A stretch of DNA of 64,000 nucleotides from Bacteroidaceae bacterium (GTDB lineage Bacteria > Bacteroidota > Bacteroidia > Bacteroidales > Bacteroidaceae): positions 3,013-67,012 of the forward strand of contig JAGBGU010000047.1 in NCBI GenBank assembly GCA_017935785.1, given 5' to 3'. Shown one piece after another: positions 50,034 through 58,234 of this stretch (its first letter is position 1; each line of letters begins with the position of its first letter). The notes below the pieces were generated by a model. The model was not told where the DNA came from. It worked only from the letters and a program-made list of their open reading frames with translations, and searched no databases. Both the position numbers and the translations under genes were made by a program.

Positions 50034-50597
50034 ATGGAATGCCATATGAAATTCGATAGAATTCTCGACAATAACACTTTATGGGCTGTACGATACAACG
50101 GAGCCAAGGACAATGCCCTTCAGACTTTGTTTGAACAATGGAGCGACCCAGAATGGTTGGTTGATTTCTTCATTAAAAACATCTCCGACCTTGCGTCATA
50201 CTTCAAGATTACAGACATCAACCAAGCCATCTATGATACGATTGAAGACAACCAAAGGATGCAATGTTTAATACTTGACATCTCTCCCGATGCTGATCTT
50301 GACCAACTTTTCAGACCTTTGGAGAATAGTCGGATTAATGAAATACTTCTTGGTAAGGAAAAAGCTAGGATTAAGAATCGCCCACAACACACATCATGGC
50401 TTCGTATCTATGCGATTAAACTTGAACCAGGATGTTACATAATCACTGGAGGCGCCATCAAACTGACCAGAACCATGCAGGAAAGGGAACATACGTTGGA
50501 AGAACTCAGAAAAATGGAAACCGTACGTCACTTCCTTTTGGAAAGTGGAGCGATAGACGCAGATGGATTTACAGATTTCTTATCAGAAATTCAATAA
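50034..50597 (+). CDS. hypothetical protein; putative RelE/HigB-like toxin core with a long N-terminal extension
   Basis: 187 aa. The C-terminal segment WLRIYAIKLEPGCYIITGGAIKLT resembles RelE/ParE-superfamily toxin cores. It lies directly upstream of an XRE-HTH gene, which is the HigBA gene order. Confidence 0.4.
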   Translation: MECHMKFDRILDNNTLWAVRYNGAKDNALQTLFEQWSDPEWLVDFFIKNISDLASYFKITDINQAIYDTIEDNQRMQCLILDISPDADLDQLFRPLENSRINEILLGKEKARIKNRPQHTSWLRIYAIKLEPGCYIITGGAIKLTRTMQEREHTLEELRKMETVRHFLLESGAIDADGFTDFLSEIQ

Positions 50598-50610
50598 AGG
50601 AAGAAACATT

Positions 50611-50952
50611 ATGAAACAAAAAACGCTTGAATTCCTTGAAACGCACAAGAGCGAAACTTCCTCAACCTGGAGGAAGGAAGCAGAATGGAGACGTGAAAAT
50701 TGGTCATGGCTCCGCCATTCCCAGATGATTGCTGTAAAGGTTCTGCTCCAGATGAAACTGCTTGGGCTGACACAAAAAGCGCTTGCAGATCGAATGAACT
50801 GTACGCAACAATATGTTTCAAAAATCCTGAAAGGACGGGAAAACATGTCTCTTGATACCCTATCCAAACTTGAGGATGCGCTTGGCATCAACCTGATTTA
50901 TGACGAGCAGACAACCTATCCAACCATAGTTGCGGAAGAAGAGCTTGTATAA
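50611..50952 (+). CDS. XRE-family helix-turn-helix protein (putative HigA-like antitoxin/regulator)
   Basis: Start at MKQKTLEF (ATG 50611). HTH segment: LGLTQKALADRMNCTQQYVSKILKGRENMSLDTLSKLEDALG. Confidence 0.7.
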   Translation: MKQKTLEFLETHKSETSSTWRKEAEWRRENWSWLRHSQMIAVKVLLQMKLLGLTQKALADRMNCTQQYVSKILKGRENMSLDTLSKLEDALGINLIYDEQTTYPTIVAEEELV

Positions 50953-50980
50953 TGTTTCTGGTCAAACTATATGTTGTTAT

Positions 50981-51173
50981 AAGGTATGTTCTAAAAATTA
51001 TGTCGAGTTGGTTTTCGTTCTTCTTTCGTGTGTGCTTTTGTAAGTTGAAGAAAGAGCATAGCGGGCTATGTGACTGATGAGACTTGACAAAATGACGCCG
51101 AAAAAGTCGAAAAGCGGCCGAAACGGAGAACATCAGAATCGATAAAAACTTAAATCCAGAATTTTTAGAACAT
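50981..51173. repeat. 193-bp repeat, copy 2
   Basis: See copy 1. Same orientation, 1230 nt downstream. Confidence 0.85.
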
Positions 51174-51294
51174 ACCATAAGTAATATCACTGCAAAGATT
51201 GCAGTTTATCCTTATAGAAAAATCTTTTTATAAAAAAGTTTTTTAACCCAAATCGGTCATTAGCACATAACAGAAAGAATCCGGGAATGAACAT

Positions 51295-52077
51295 TCACAC
51301 ATCCATGCCACCTTCTCTCATTTCTCGTTTAAGGCTTTCCACAAATGAAACATAAAAGATAAAATCATTAACAAACCAATCGCCACGTTCTTTGCACATA
51401 TCCAGCTCCATTCTCGACATCACAACCCCATCCCTGTTAAGAGTCCCAAATGTTGCCCAAACTGTAGCCCGATTAGCATTCAGTTCTACAACCTCAACTT
51501 TATGTAAATGTTGCGTAGAATGATCTTGACCATCGGTAAATGGGCAAACTGTTGGAGGATAATCGTTGCCACTGGCAAATTTTATGAAATCGCAAAACTC
51601 TTCGCTACAATATAGCGCAAAAAAATCACGTTCCGATTCTACATTATGCAAATAATTATGAGTTTCTAAAAAATCATCATATATACATTGAACTCGTTTT
51701 GCCAATTGTTTTTCCTCTTTATTTGAGTAGGACAAAATAACATCCGGTTTTGGGTATATAACAGTCATCATTAATGAATCAAATATATTGGTTTGCGTCC
51801 AATAATCCGAATCTGGCAAATTTACACAAAGACTTTCTGATAATTTATATACACTATCGATCAAAGGACCATAGTTGTACGATTCTTTCCATAAGATTGA
51901 ATCGTAATAAGCTTCATCATCATTAACTATTTCTATTATAGAATCCTTTACAGAAACAACTTCTGATGCCATCTGTTCATCATCAGATAAATGTATTTCA
52001 GATGTAGCATGTTGAGTTTGGTGCTGACAAGCATAACACAAAAAGGCCAACACATACAAAGTAATTACTATTTTCAT
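51295..52077 (-). CDS. hypothetical lipoprotein
   Basis: Start taken at MKIVITLYVLAFLCYAC (ATG 52077). AT-rich codon usage and no recognisable motif. Confidence 0.45.
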   Translation of the reverse strand: MKIVITLYVLAFLCYACQHQTQHATSEIHLSDDEQMASEVVSVKDSIIEIVNDDEAYYDSILWKESYNYGPLIDSVYKLSESLCVNLPDSDYWTQTNIFDSLMMTVIYPKPDVILSYSNKEEKQLAKRVQCIYDDFLETHNYLHNVESERDFFALYCSEEFCDFIKFASGNDYPPTVCPFTDGQDHSTQHLHKVEVVELNANRATVWATFGTLNRDGVVMSRMELDMCKERGDWFVNDFIFYVSFVESLKREMREGGMDV

Positions 52078-52177
52078 GTCAATGTTTATTGATCCTAAAT
52101 TCCGCAATACTTTAATTTAAACATCTTCATAAGTGCCATGTCAGTTTTTCACTGACCTTAGTGCTGCAAAAAAATCA

Positions 52178-52300
52178 ATGCAACTGAAAATCATCAACGA
52201 CAAAGCAAAGTTACAAATAATATCCGAAAAGCTCACACCTTTTGGCGGTATTTTCCCGATCATGGAGCAATTTGACTCCGCCATGTCATCAGTTATATGG
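52178..52300 (+). pseudogene. remnant of an IS transposase N-terminus (IS1380/IS4-like)
   Basis: MQLKIINDKAKLQIISEKLTPFGGIFPIMEQFDSAMSSVI resembles (from memory) the conserved N-terminus of Bacteroides DDE transposases (..KSEKLTPFGG..). The rest of ORF 52133..52465 runs antisense into the neighbouring gene, so only a fragment survives. Confidence 0.3.
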
Positions 52301-52348
52301 TTAATCTTTATGAGATTCGAGCAAGTTCCATACATTCCAAATTGGCAA

Positions 52349-53008
52349 TTACTTTGCCTCATAAATTCGGAAAGGCATTACCCACATCCCGTTATCCAAA
52401 TAAAACGAAGGAGCCATACTTTCGCTTCCTCTCCATTTGAATATATGATTTTTACTTTCTTCTAATGTCAGCAATGTTTCATATTTATTGAATTCATCCA
52501 AATTGACTTTTACATTATCAAAAAGAAAAAAATAGTTTCCTGCTTTCAATGAAAAGTCATACCCGGTAGTCAGCCACCATTCATGCTGCTCTTGGGGATT
52601 AGTTCTGAATCTCCATGGTTTGAATTTATCTATATCAATAGGATTGGGATTCCCCACCTCATACAAAGAAATCCTAACATATCCTTTTCCCGTCTTTGTT
52701 TCTGAAAAATGAATGGTTTGCAGAAAGTGGTCACATTCGCAACCATACGCCTTTCCTGTAGATTCTTTCAAAACTTTCGGGAAGTCATCCAGTTCACGTG
52801 TAAGAAGAACTTTATCTTCATCTGAACGATAGAACAGATGTATTGCCTCAAACATGAAGGGCTTGTTGAATATTTTGGGCGGGATATTATATAGGATTCC
52901 ATCTATTGGATATGGGAACAACTCAACTGTTGCAGTCTTTCTCTCATATTTATCGGTCTTCCAATTATACGGAAGATTTTCTTTTTCTTTATACTTCATG
53001 TTAACCAA
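52349..53008 (-). CDS. hypothetical protein, translationally coupled to the radical-SAM maturase
   Basis: 219 aa with no TM and no signal peptide. Its start overlaps the maturase stop by 8 nt. Confidence 0.5.
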   Translation of the reverse strand: MVNMKYKEKENLPYNWKTDKYERKTATVELFPYPIDGILYNIPPKIFNKPFMFEAIHLFYRSDEDKVLLTRELDDFPKVLKESTGKAYGCECDHFLQTIHFSETKTGKGYVRISLYEVGNPNPIDIDKFKPWRFRTNPQEQHEWWLTTGYDFSLKAGNYFFLFDNVKVNLDEFNKYETLLTLEESKNHIFKWRGSESMAPSFYLDNGMWVMPFRIYEAK

Positions 53009-54113
53009 TGGAGCAATTATTTGTTTCTGTATGGGTTATTATTCTTTTTGCTGCAGCAAGCTCCAGATATTCCTCCTGACTAATCTCTGCTACATCTTTC
53101 CTTAAAATTTGTTTTATTCTGTAATAACTTAGAGCTTCTTTTTCTGCCATTATAAAAGGGCACAACCTCTTGTCTCTTTTTCCAATAGAACCTCTCTCAA
53201 TAAAATTATTCCCATAGCATGTTGGACAAATATTGTGGATCAAACACTTTTTACATGAGACGTCATCGTAAAGGGAGTCTTCATTTTCAAAATCCAGATT
53301 TGAGATATCATTCCAACGTTTTTTATCAAGCGTGTTGGGGATAAACATTTGGCACGGATATGCATTACCTTCGACATCAAACGCCATCATGTTTTTTCCT
53401 GTTCCGCAATGTCTGACTATAATATCCTTCTCCAATATAGGGGTAAGATGTTTACTGAAAATCGGTATTGTCTCCACATCTGGGTTTTGTAGGTAGAAAT
53501 CAGCTAATTTAAATAACTCATTGCGATAGGTTTCCACTTGTGTATTTTCCCATTCTAATCCGTAAGCTAAATTTGCATTAACTTTTAGCCCATATGAATG
53601 AATATACTTCACACCTTCAGCAAAGCCAGAAAGAGTTTCTTTCGAGACTGTCATTTTTACTGGTTGTTCCGGCCACAAATCACAAAAGAAGCGAATTGTA
53701 TCCTCAGACAATCTTGTTCCTCTGTTTTGATAGTTCATTTCCAATGTTCCATCCAAACTCAAGGCTGCAGCAAAACGTTTTTTGTTTTCTGTTAACCATT
53801 CTTTTACTTCTTGAGTCAATATAGTTCCATTGGTGGTGGCAAAGAACTTTATCGTATACGAGGGAAATTCATTCCAGCACCATTCGCACAATTCTCGGAT
53901 TAATTGAAAGTTCATAAATGGTTCTCCACCATGAAAATCAATCTCCAAATCTTCATTCCCATGTAGTTTTATTCTCTCCCTTATAATTCGTTGTGCAGTG
54001 GAAATGTGCATACGCCGCAAATCTTTACTTCCTTCATAGCAATATATACACTTCAAATTACATTGGTTTGTAATGGTCAGCATTAAACAAAATCGTTTCA
54101 TAATAAATAGCAA
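53001..54113 (-). CDS. radical SAM / SPASM-domain peptide maturase
   Basis: 370 aa with the N-terminal CxxxCxxC motif (TNQCNLKCIYCYEG). The C-terminal auxiliary-cluster region has HCGTGKNMMAFDVEGNAYPCQMF and CKKCLIHNICPTCYGNNF (Cx2Cx5Cx2C), then RLCPF. Confidence 0.8.
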   Translation of the reverse strand: MLFIMKRFCLMLTITNQCNLKCIYCYEGSKDLRRMHISTAQRIIRERIKLHGNEDLEIDFHGGEPFMNFQLIRELCEWCWNEFPSYTIKFFATTNGTILTQEVKEWLTENKKRFAAALSLDGTLEMNYQNRGTRLSEDTIRFFCDLWPEQPVKMTVSKETLSGFAEGVKYIHSYGLKVNANLAYGLEWENTQVETYRNELFKLADFYLQNPDVETIPIFSKHLTPILEKDIIVRHCGTGKNMMAFDVEGNAYPCQMFIPNTLDKKRWNDISNLDFENEDSLYDDVSCKKCLIHNICPTCYGNNFIERGSIGKRDKRLCPFIMAEKEALSYYRIKQILRKDVAEISQEEYLELAAAKRIITHTETNNCSIG

Positions 54114-54179
54114 TTTAGGATTTCTTTGTTTAAGTTATCCGAAAAATGGCCCAGAACAGTCTGAACAATTATCGGAATC

Positions 54180-54347
54180 TTAAGAGTCAATCATAGCCAT
54201 TGTCCCTTTGCAAAAATTGCATTCATCGCCGCCAGAAGTATAAGCACAACCACTTTCTGGATGTAAAGTTTCGTTCTTTTCCTGTACGTCATCTACAGCC
54301 CCGTATTTAATTCCCAAATCATCCAATACTTTATTCAATTTTTCCAT
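54180..54347 (-). CDS. candidate RiPP precursor peptide 2 (55 aa, not in ORF track)
   Basis: Hand-translated as MEKLNKVLDDLGIKYGAVDDVQEKNETLHPESGCAYTSGGDECNFCKGTMAMIDS*. It shares leader and core motifs with the peptide at 54440..54604. Confidence 0.55.
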   Translation of the reverse strand: MEKLNKVLDDLGIKYGAVDDVQEKNETLHPESGCAYTSGGDECNFCKGTMAMIDS

Positions 54348-54392
54348 ATCCTCAATATAAGTATTAATACGACAAACACTTTAAACTTAAAA

Positions 54393-54432
54393 CTGGTGTT
54401 GTGCCAAATTCCAAAAAGAAGCACAACACCAG
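54393..54432 (-). terminator. 12-bp perfect hairpin + T-run between the two precursor genes (possible attenuator/partial terminator)
   Basis: On the minus strand: CTGGTGTTGTGC-16 nt-GCACAACACCAG followed by TTTTAAGTTT. It starts 8 nt after the stop of precursor 1. Confidence 0.6.
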
Positions 54433-54439
54433 TAATTAA

Positions 54440-54604
54440 TTATCCAAACATGCCACCTTTACAACGTTCGCATTCATCGTCACCAAACATTGCTCCGGTA
54501 CATTTGTCGCATGGAGAATAATTAGCTTTCACAGAACCTAAAACCTCATTTACTTTGCCATACTTTCCTTCAAGCAAATTCAATGTCAAATTTAAGTCTT
54601 TCAT
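54440..54604 (-). CDS. candidate RiPP precursor peptide 1 (54 aa, not in ORF track)
   Basis: Hand-translated as MKDLNLTLNLLEGKYGKVNEVLGSVKANYSPCDKCTGAMFGDDECERCKGGMFG*. Confidence 0.55.
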   Translation of the reverse strand: MKDLNLTLNLLEGKYGKVNEVLGSVKANYSPCDKCTGAMFGDDECERCKGGMFG

Positions 54605-54667
54605 GATTGTATTGTTTAAAAGTTTCTCCTACTCTATTTAGGCTTTTCGGATTCCGCCATATAATGT

Positions 54668-55411
54668 TTATTTTCCTGTTCTTAATGCTGTTATTTCATT
54701 CTTTACACGTGAAATATCCGCAGATGCATCAACGCCATATTTCTGAGACTCTTGATAATACAGGATTGACCGGGAGAGCATGGTAACAGCCCATTCATTC
54801 ACTTTTTTTTGGTTCTTCTTTCTCGACACATCCGGCACATCCTGTGCAAATTTCTCAAATTCACTGGCTGCCTGATACAACAATGTAGCTTGTGCCTTTA
54901 CTGCTTTCTTCAATTGTTCTTCCTGGGCACTTAACTGTTGTCCTTGTTGTTCAATGGTTGACTTCTGTTCTGTGATAGTCGTATTCTGACTTTCGATTAT
55001 TTCCTTAAGTGAATTGATTTCCGCTTCTTTTTCTTTAATAATTGTCTTCAGGTTTGCCACAATTTTCTTATAAGCACTATCGTTTCCTATCTGCTTTTCT
55101 AAGGTTGAAATCTTATTTTTGATGGCCTTGATGTTATTACTTATTTGTTCTGCTTGCGTTACGCGCGCTGTACCATTTTCAATGTCCCCGCGCAATACCA
55201 TTGTACTTCCTGATATTTGGGCCAACTCGCTAAGCGTTTTGTTTATGGTTGCTGCTTGATTCAAATTTGACTGTTGAGTGGCATCAAGTGATTCTTTCAG
55301 TTCTTTATATTCATTGTATATTTCGTCATATTCCTCTTGGGGAACACCTCCACCGCAAGACCATAACAATCCTGCCAATACTAACAAACTTATTACTTTG
55401 TTAATTCGCAT
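54668..55411 (-). CDS. coiled-coil lipoprotein
   Basis: 247 aa with the lipoprotein signal MRINKVISLLVLAGLLWSCGG. The rest is Q/E/K-rich with heptad character. Its start overlaps the upstream gene by 19 nt. Confidence 0.6.
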   Translation of the reverse strand: MRINKVISLLVLAGLLWSCGGGVPQEEYDEIYNEYKELKESLDATQQSNLNQAATINKTLSELAQISGSTMVLRGDIENGTARVTQAEQISNNIKAIKNKISTLEKQIGNDSAYKKIVANLKTIIKEKEAEINSLKEIIESQNTTITEQKSTIEQQGQQLSAQEEQLKKAVKAQATLLYQAASEFEKFAQDVPDVSRKKNQKKVNEWAVTMLSRSILYYQESQKYGVDASADISRVKNEITALRTGK

Positions 55412-56682
55412 ATTCTTTCTCCTTGTTTAAATGTTAATGTTATTTTATCTAATTTCTCATTATATGTGATTTCTCCTTTCCCCAGTTGTTCTGATTCTAT
55501 ACTTCCACTCGCATCCAGCGAAAATTCATATATTTCCGGACCATATTCGGAAACCACCAATATCCGAGCTTGAATATCTGATGTTTTCTTTATGGCAGCA
55601 GTACGAATACCGTTAACTAAGACACCGGCATTCTTTTCGCGTAGTGTATAATTACCCTCAAGTCGACTTATCGCAGTGGAAAGATTCACCTCTGTTTTTA
55701 CAGGTTCCCCAACATTCTTATTATTACTATCAGATTTGCCGAAAGTAAAATAAAGGAATGCCATTAATATAGCAGCACCTACCCATGTATACCATTGTTT
55801 GTACCATGGGGTTCCTTTTGTCTTGGAACCTCCCGCATTTGGCAATGGATTCTCTATTGGCGTCTGTCTTTCATCTTCCGTGGATGATGTGGGAGGCAAA
55901 ATAGGAGTTGATTCTATAGAGGGCTTTAGACTGATTTCAAATGTTGTTTTATATAAACAATTTTCACCTTCATAGAATTCCACTCTCCAGGTACCAGATG
56001 CCTCATAACAGTTTTTGTCCGTGTTTCCAAAACCGTCTAAAATTGCTGTTTGCTTCACCATTGTGCTACATTGAACACTTCCTTTCCAAGTGAACCCTGT
56101 TTTAGAACCTTCTATTGAAAGCAACTCACCTTCAGGAGAATAAATCTTATACCAAATATCTATAGGATCTCCTGTCCGAAGAACTTGATACGTAATTTGT
56201 GGAATCAAATACTCTACATCAGTATAAAGTTTACTGCCAAAATTTCTTATGGTATTTCCGTTTCTATCTGAGTCTCCAAATTTTACATCTATAATTTCAA
56301 TAGCTGCATTTTTTATTATAACAAAATGTTTAAGTGAACCATGTTCGTCTTCTTGTAACAATGTTTCTATAAAATCTTTGTATTTAGATTCGTCAACTAC
56401 CATTATTCTTTTAGCAAACAGACTCGCAGCGTCTTTAACATCTAATTTTTCGCCAGAAGCATTGTACTCTTGGGTTACTTCTATCAGTTTATTACAAGTA
56501 TCCTCAATATCCTCTCTTTTAGGAAAATCAGCTGACAATTGATTAATTATCTCACTTACAAGTTGATTTATGTCGGAATATGTGTTTTTATTTTCTTCTG
56601 AACTTGAAATGATTTTTGCCAAAAAATCTAGGTCCTTTATACATTGTCTTACTTTTAACTTTAGTACATCTTCAACAGCCAT
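55393..56682 (-). CDS. single-pass membrane protein, unknown function
   Basis: 429 aa. One TM segment (WYTWVGAAILMAFLYFTFG, around aa 300) sits between a ~290-aa N-terminal domain and a ~110-aa C-terminal domain. Confidence 0.55.
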   Translation of the reverse strand: MAVEDVLKLKVRQCIKDLDFLAKIISSSEENKNTYSDINQLVSEIINQLSADFPKREDIEDTCNKLIEVTQEYNASGEKLDVKDAASLFAKRIMVVDESKYKDFIETLLQEDEHGSLKHFVIIKNAAIEIIDVKFGDSDRNGNTIRNFGSKLYTDVEYLIPQITYQVLRTGDPIDIWYKIYSPEGELLSIEGSKTGFTWKGSVQCSTMVKQTAILDGFGNTDKNCYEASGTWRVEFYEGENCLYKTTFEISLKPSIESTPILPPTSSTEDERQTPIENPLPNAGGSKTKGTPWYKQWYTWVGAAILMAFLYFTFGKSDSNNKNVGEPVKTEVNLSTAISRLEGNYTLREKNAGVLVNGIRTAAIKKTSDIQARILVVSEYGPEIYEFSLDASGSIESEQLGKGEITYNEKLDKITLTFKQGERICELTK

Positions 56683-56713
56683 AATCGTAAGTTTTTAGGT
56701 GCTAATTAATAGC

Positions 56714-58228
56714 TTATACTCTTTTCGTTTCTAATTCTTTTCGCATATTTTCTATTTCTTGCTCGGAATACATGCCTTTGTACTTTATAATAAAATCAAC
56801 TCGTTTTCCTTGACACTCTCCCCAAATCCGTACTGTGCTATCAGAACTTCTTGAAACATGTACTATTACGGGAGTGCCTTTTTCTACGGGAAACCCCCAA
56901 ACTAGTTTCTTTTCATCCACTAATGTACATTTACCCAAATCTATTGCATCTTTTTCACTTATGTTTTCATATATTGCCACAAGAACTTCTGTCTGCCCAT
57001 CACTAATTGTGCAGAAATTATGTGTACCTTGGTATATCATATCATCTGTTCTTTTTATAACATTGGCTACATATCTTTTATCTTCCGCATTATCGTAACA
57101 ACGGACGCCATATGAACGACTTGCCAAATCAGTACCAATGAAAACTTTAGGAGAAGTGTTACCAACTAACTTGGCAGCATGAAGAGCTGCACCTTTAGCG
57201 ACAGCTCTATCTGGCTCGAGATTATCCAATCGAATAGGGCACGAAAACTCTCGCTGTAACCTTTTCTTTACCATTGGCATATATGACGATCCTCCAACCA
57301 ATATTACTTCATCAATTTTCACGTTTGGTTCACGAGATATTTTTATTGCGTGATGTATTATATCAACCGTTTTCTCTAATAATTCTGATGTTAGTTCTTC
57401 AAAAACATCCCTACTGATTTCTGTAATATATTGTTTGCGTTTGTACACCAATTTGAAAGATGCTTTTTCGCTTTTAGACAGATTTTTTTTGCAATTTTCT
57501 GCTGCTAAAAGCATTTTCCCTGATTCTCGTTCCTCTTTTATGTCTTCGTATGTAACATCCAAATTGTTTCTCATAAAAACATAATCAAGCAGAGATGTGT
57601 CCCAGTCTACACCACCAAGATGATGGTCTCCATTGGTTGAGAGGGTATTAAGTTCTCCGTTTTTCATCCTCATGATACTCACATCAAATGTTCCTCCTCC
57701 CAAGTCATATATTAGGAAAGTTTTTCCTTCTAATCCATTAGTACCATAGGACAATGCTGCCGCCGTGGGTTCGTTCAATAAATCCAAAACCTCTAAACCA
57801 GCAATTCTACCTGCTTGTTTTGTCAATTCACATTCCATATTCCCAAAATATGCAGGAACCGTGATTACGGCTTTGTGGATAGGAGGGAGACCGTCATAAC
57901 TTCTTTGTTCATTAGCATCATCTACAACCTTTTTTAGAATTAAAGCTGAAACATCAACTGGAGATATTTTTTTTCCGTCAATGGTTCTATTGAAATCTTT
58001 ATTAGACATTTCGCGCTTTATAAATGCAACTATTCTGTCCACCTCTACAGACATTCCACTTTTGGCTTCTTTGCCTACATAATATTCATTCCCTTCATCA
58101 TAAAAAACGACTGATGGTGTAGTGAACTCATCATCTAAATTTTTAATTACTTGAGGCAAACCATCTTCACCAATTGTTGCGATACAAGAATTGGTAGTAC
58201 CTAAATCTATTCCAAAAACTGCGTCCAT
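56714..58228 (-). CDS. Hsp70-family ATPase, non-canonical (NBD + beta-sandwich SBD, no helical lid)
   Basis: 504 aa with Hsp70/actin-fold motifs FGIDLGTTNSCIA, DLGGGTFDVS and VILVGGSSYMPMV. The SBD-like part has DLASRSYGV and VIKRTD...VLVAIYEN. The protein ends right after the beta domain. Confidence 0.85.
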   Translation of the reverse strand: MDAVFGIDLGTTNSCIATIGEDGLPQVIKNLDDEFTTPSVVFYDEGNEYYVGKEAKSGMSVEVDRIVAFIKREMSNKDFNRTIDGKKISPVDVSALILKKVVDDANEQRSYDGLPPIHKAVITVPAYFGNMECELTKQAGRIAGLEVLDLLNEPTAAALSYGTNGLEGKTFLIYDLGGGTFDVSIMRMKNGELNTLSTNGDHHLGGVDWDTSLLDYVFMRNNLDVTYEDIKEERESGKMLLAAENCKKNLSKSEKASFKLVYKRKQYITEISRDVFEELTSELLEKTVDIIHHAIKISREPNVKIDEVILVGGSSYMPMVKKRLQREFSCPIRLDNLEPDRAVAKGAALHAAKLVGNTSPKVFIGTDLASRSYGVRCYDNAEDKRYVANVIKRTDDMIYQGTHNFCTISDGQTEVLVAIYENISEKDAIDLGKCTLVDEKKLVWGFPVEKGTPVIVHVSRSSDSTVRIWGECQGKRVDFIIKYKGMYSEQEIENMRKELETKRV

Positions 58229-58234
58229 ATTTTT

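Noticed and set aside
49751-51173. The 193-bp repeats as integron attC sites flanking a gene cassette
   Set aside because: The termini (CTAAAAAT / ATTTTTAGAAC) do not fit the R''/R' core consensus (RYYYAAC / GTTRRRY). The unit is longer than typical attC sites, and no intI is visible.
52133-52465. ORF 52133..52465 (+) as an intact gene
   Set aside because: Only the first ~40 codons after Met-16 look like a transposase N-terminus. The rest runs antisense into 52349..53008, so I treat it as a remnant.
54605-54667. A separate promoter or terminator dividing the Hsp70 operon from the RiPP cluster
   Set aside because: I found no convincing hairpin/T-run and no exact TAnnTTTG box in this 63-nt spacer. 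Whether the two modules are co-transcribed is left open rather than claimed.
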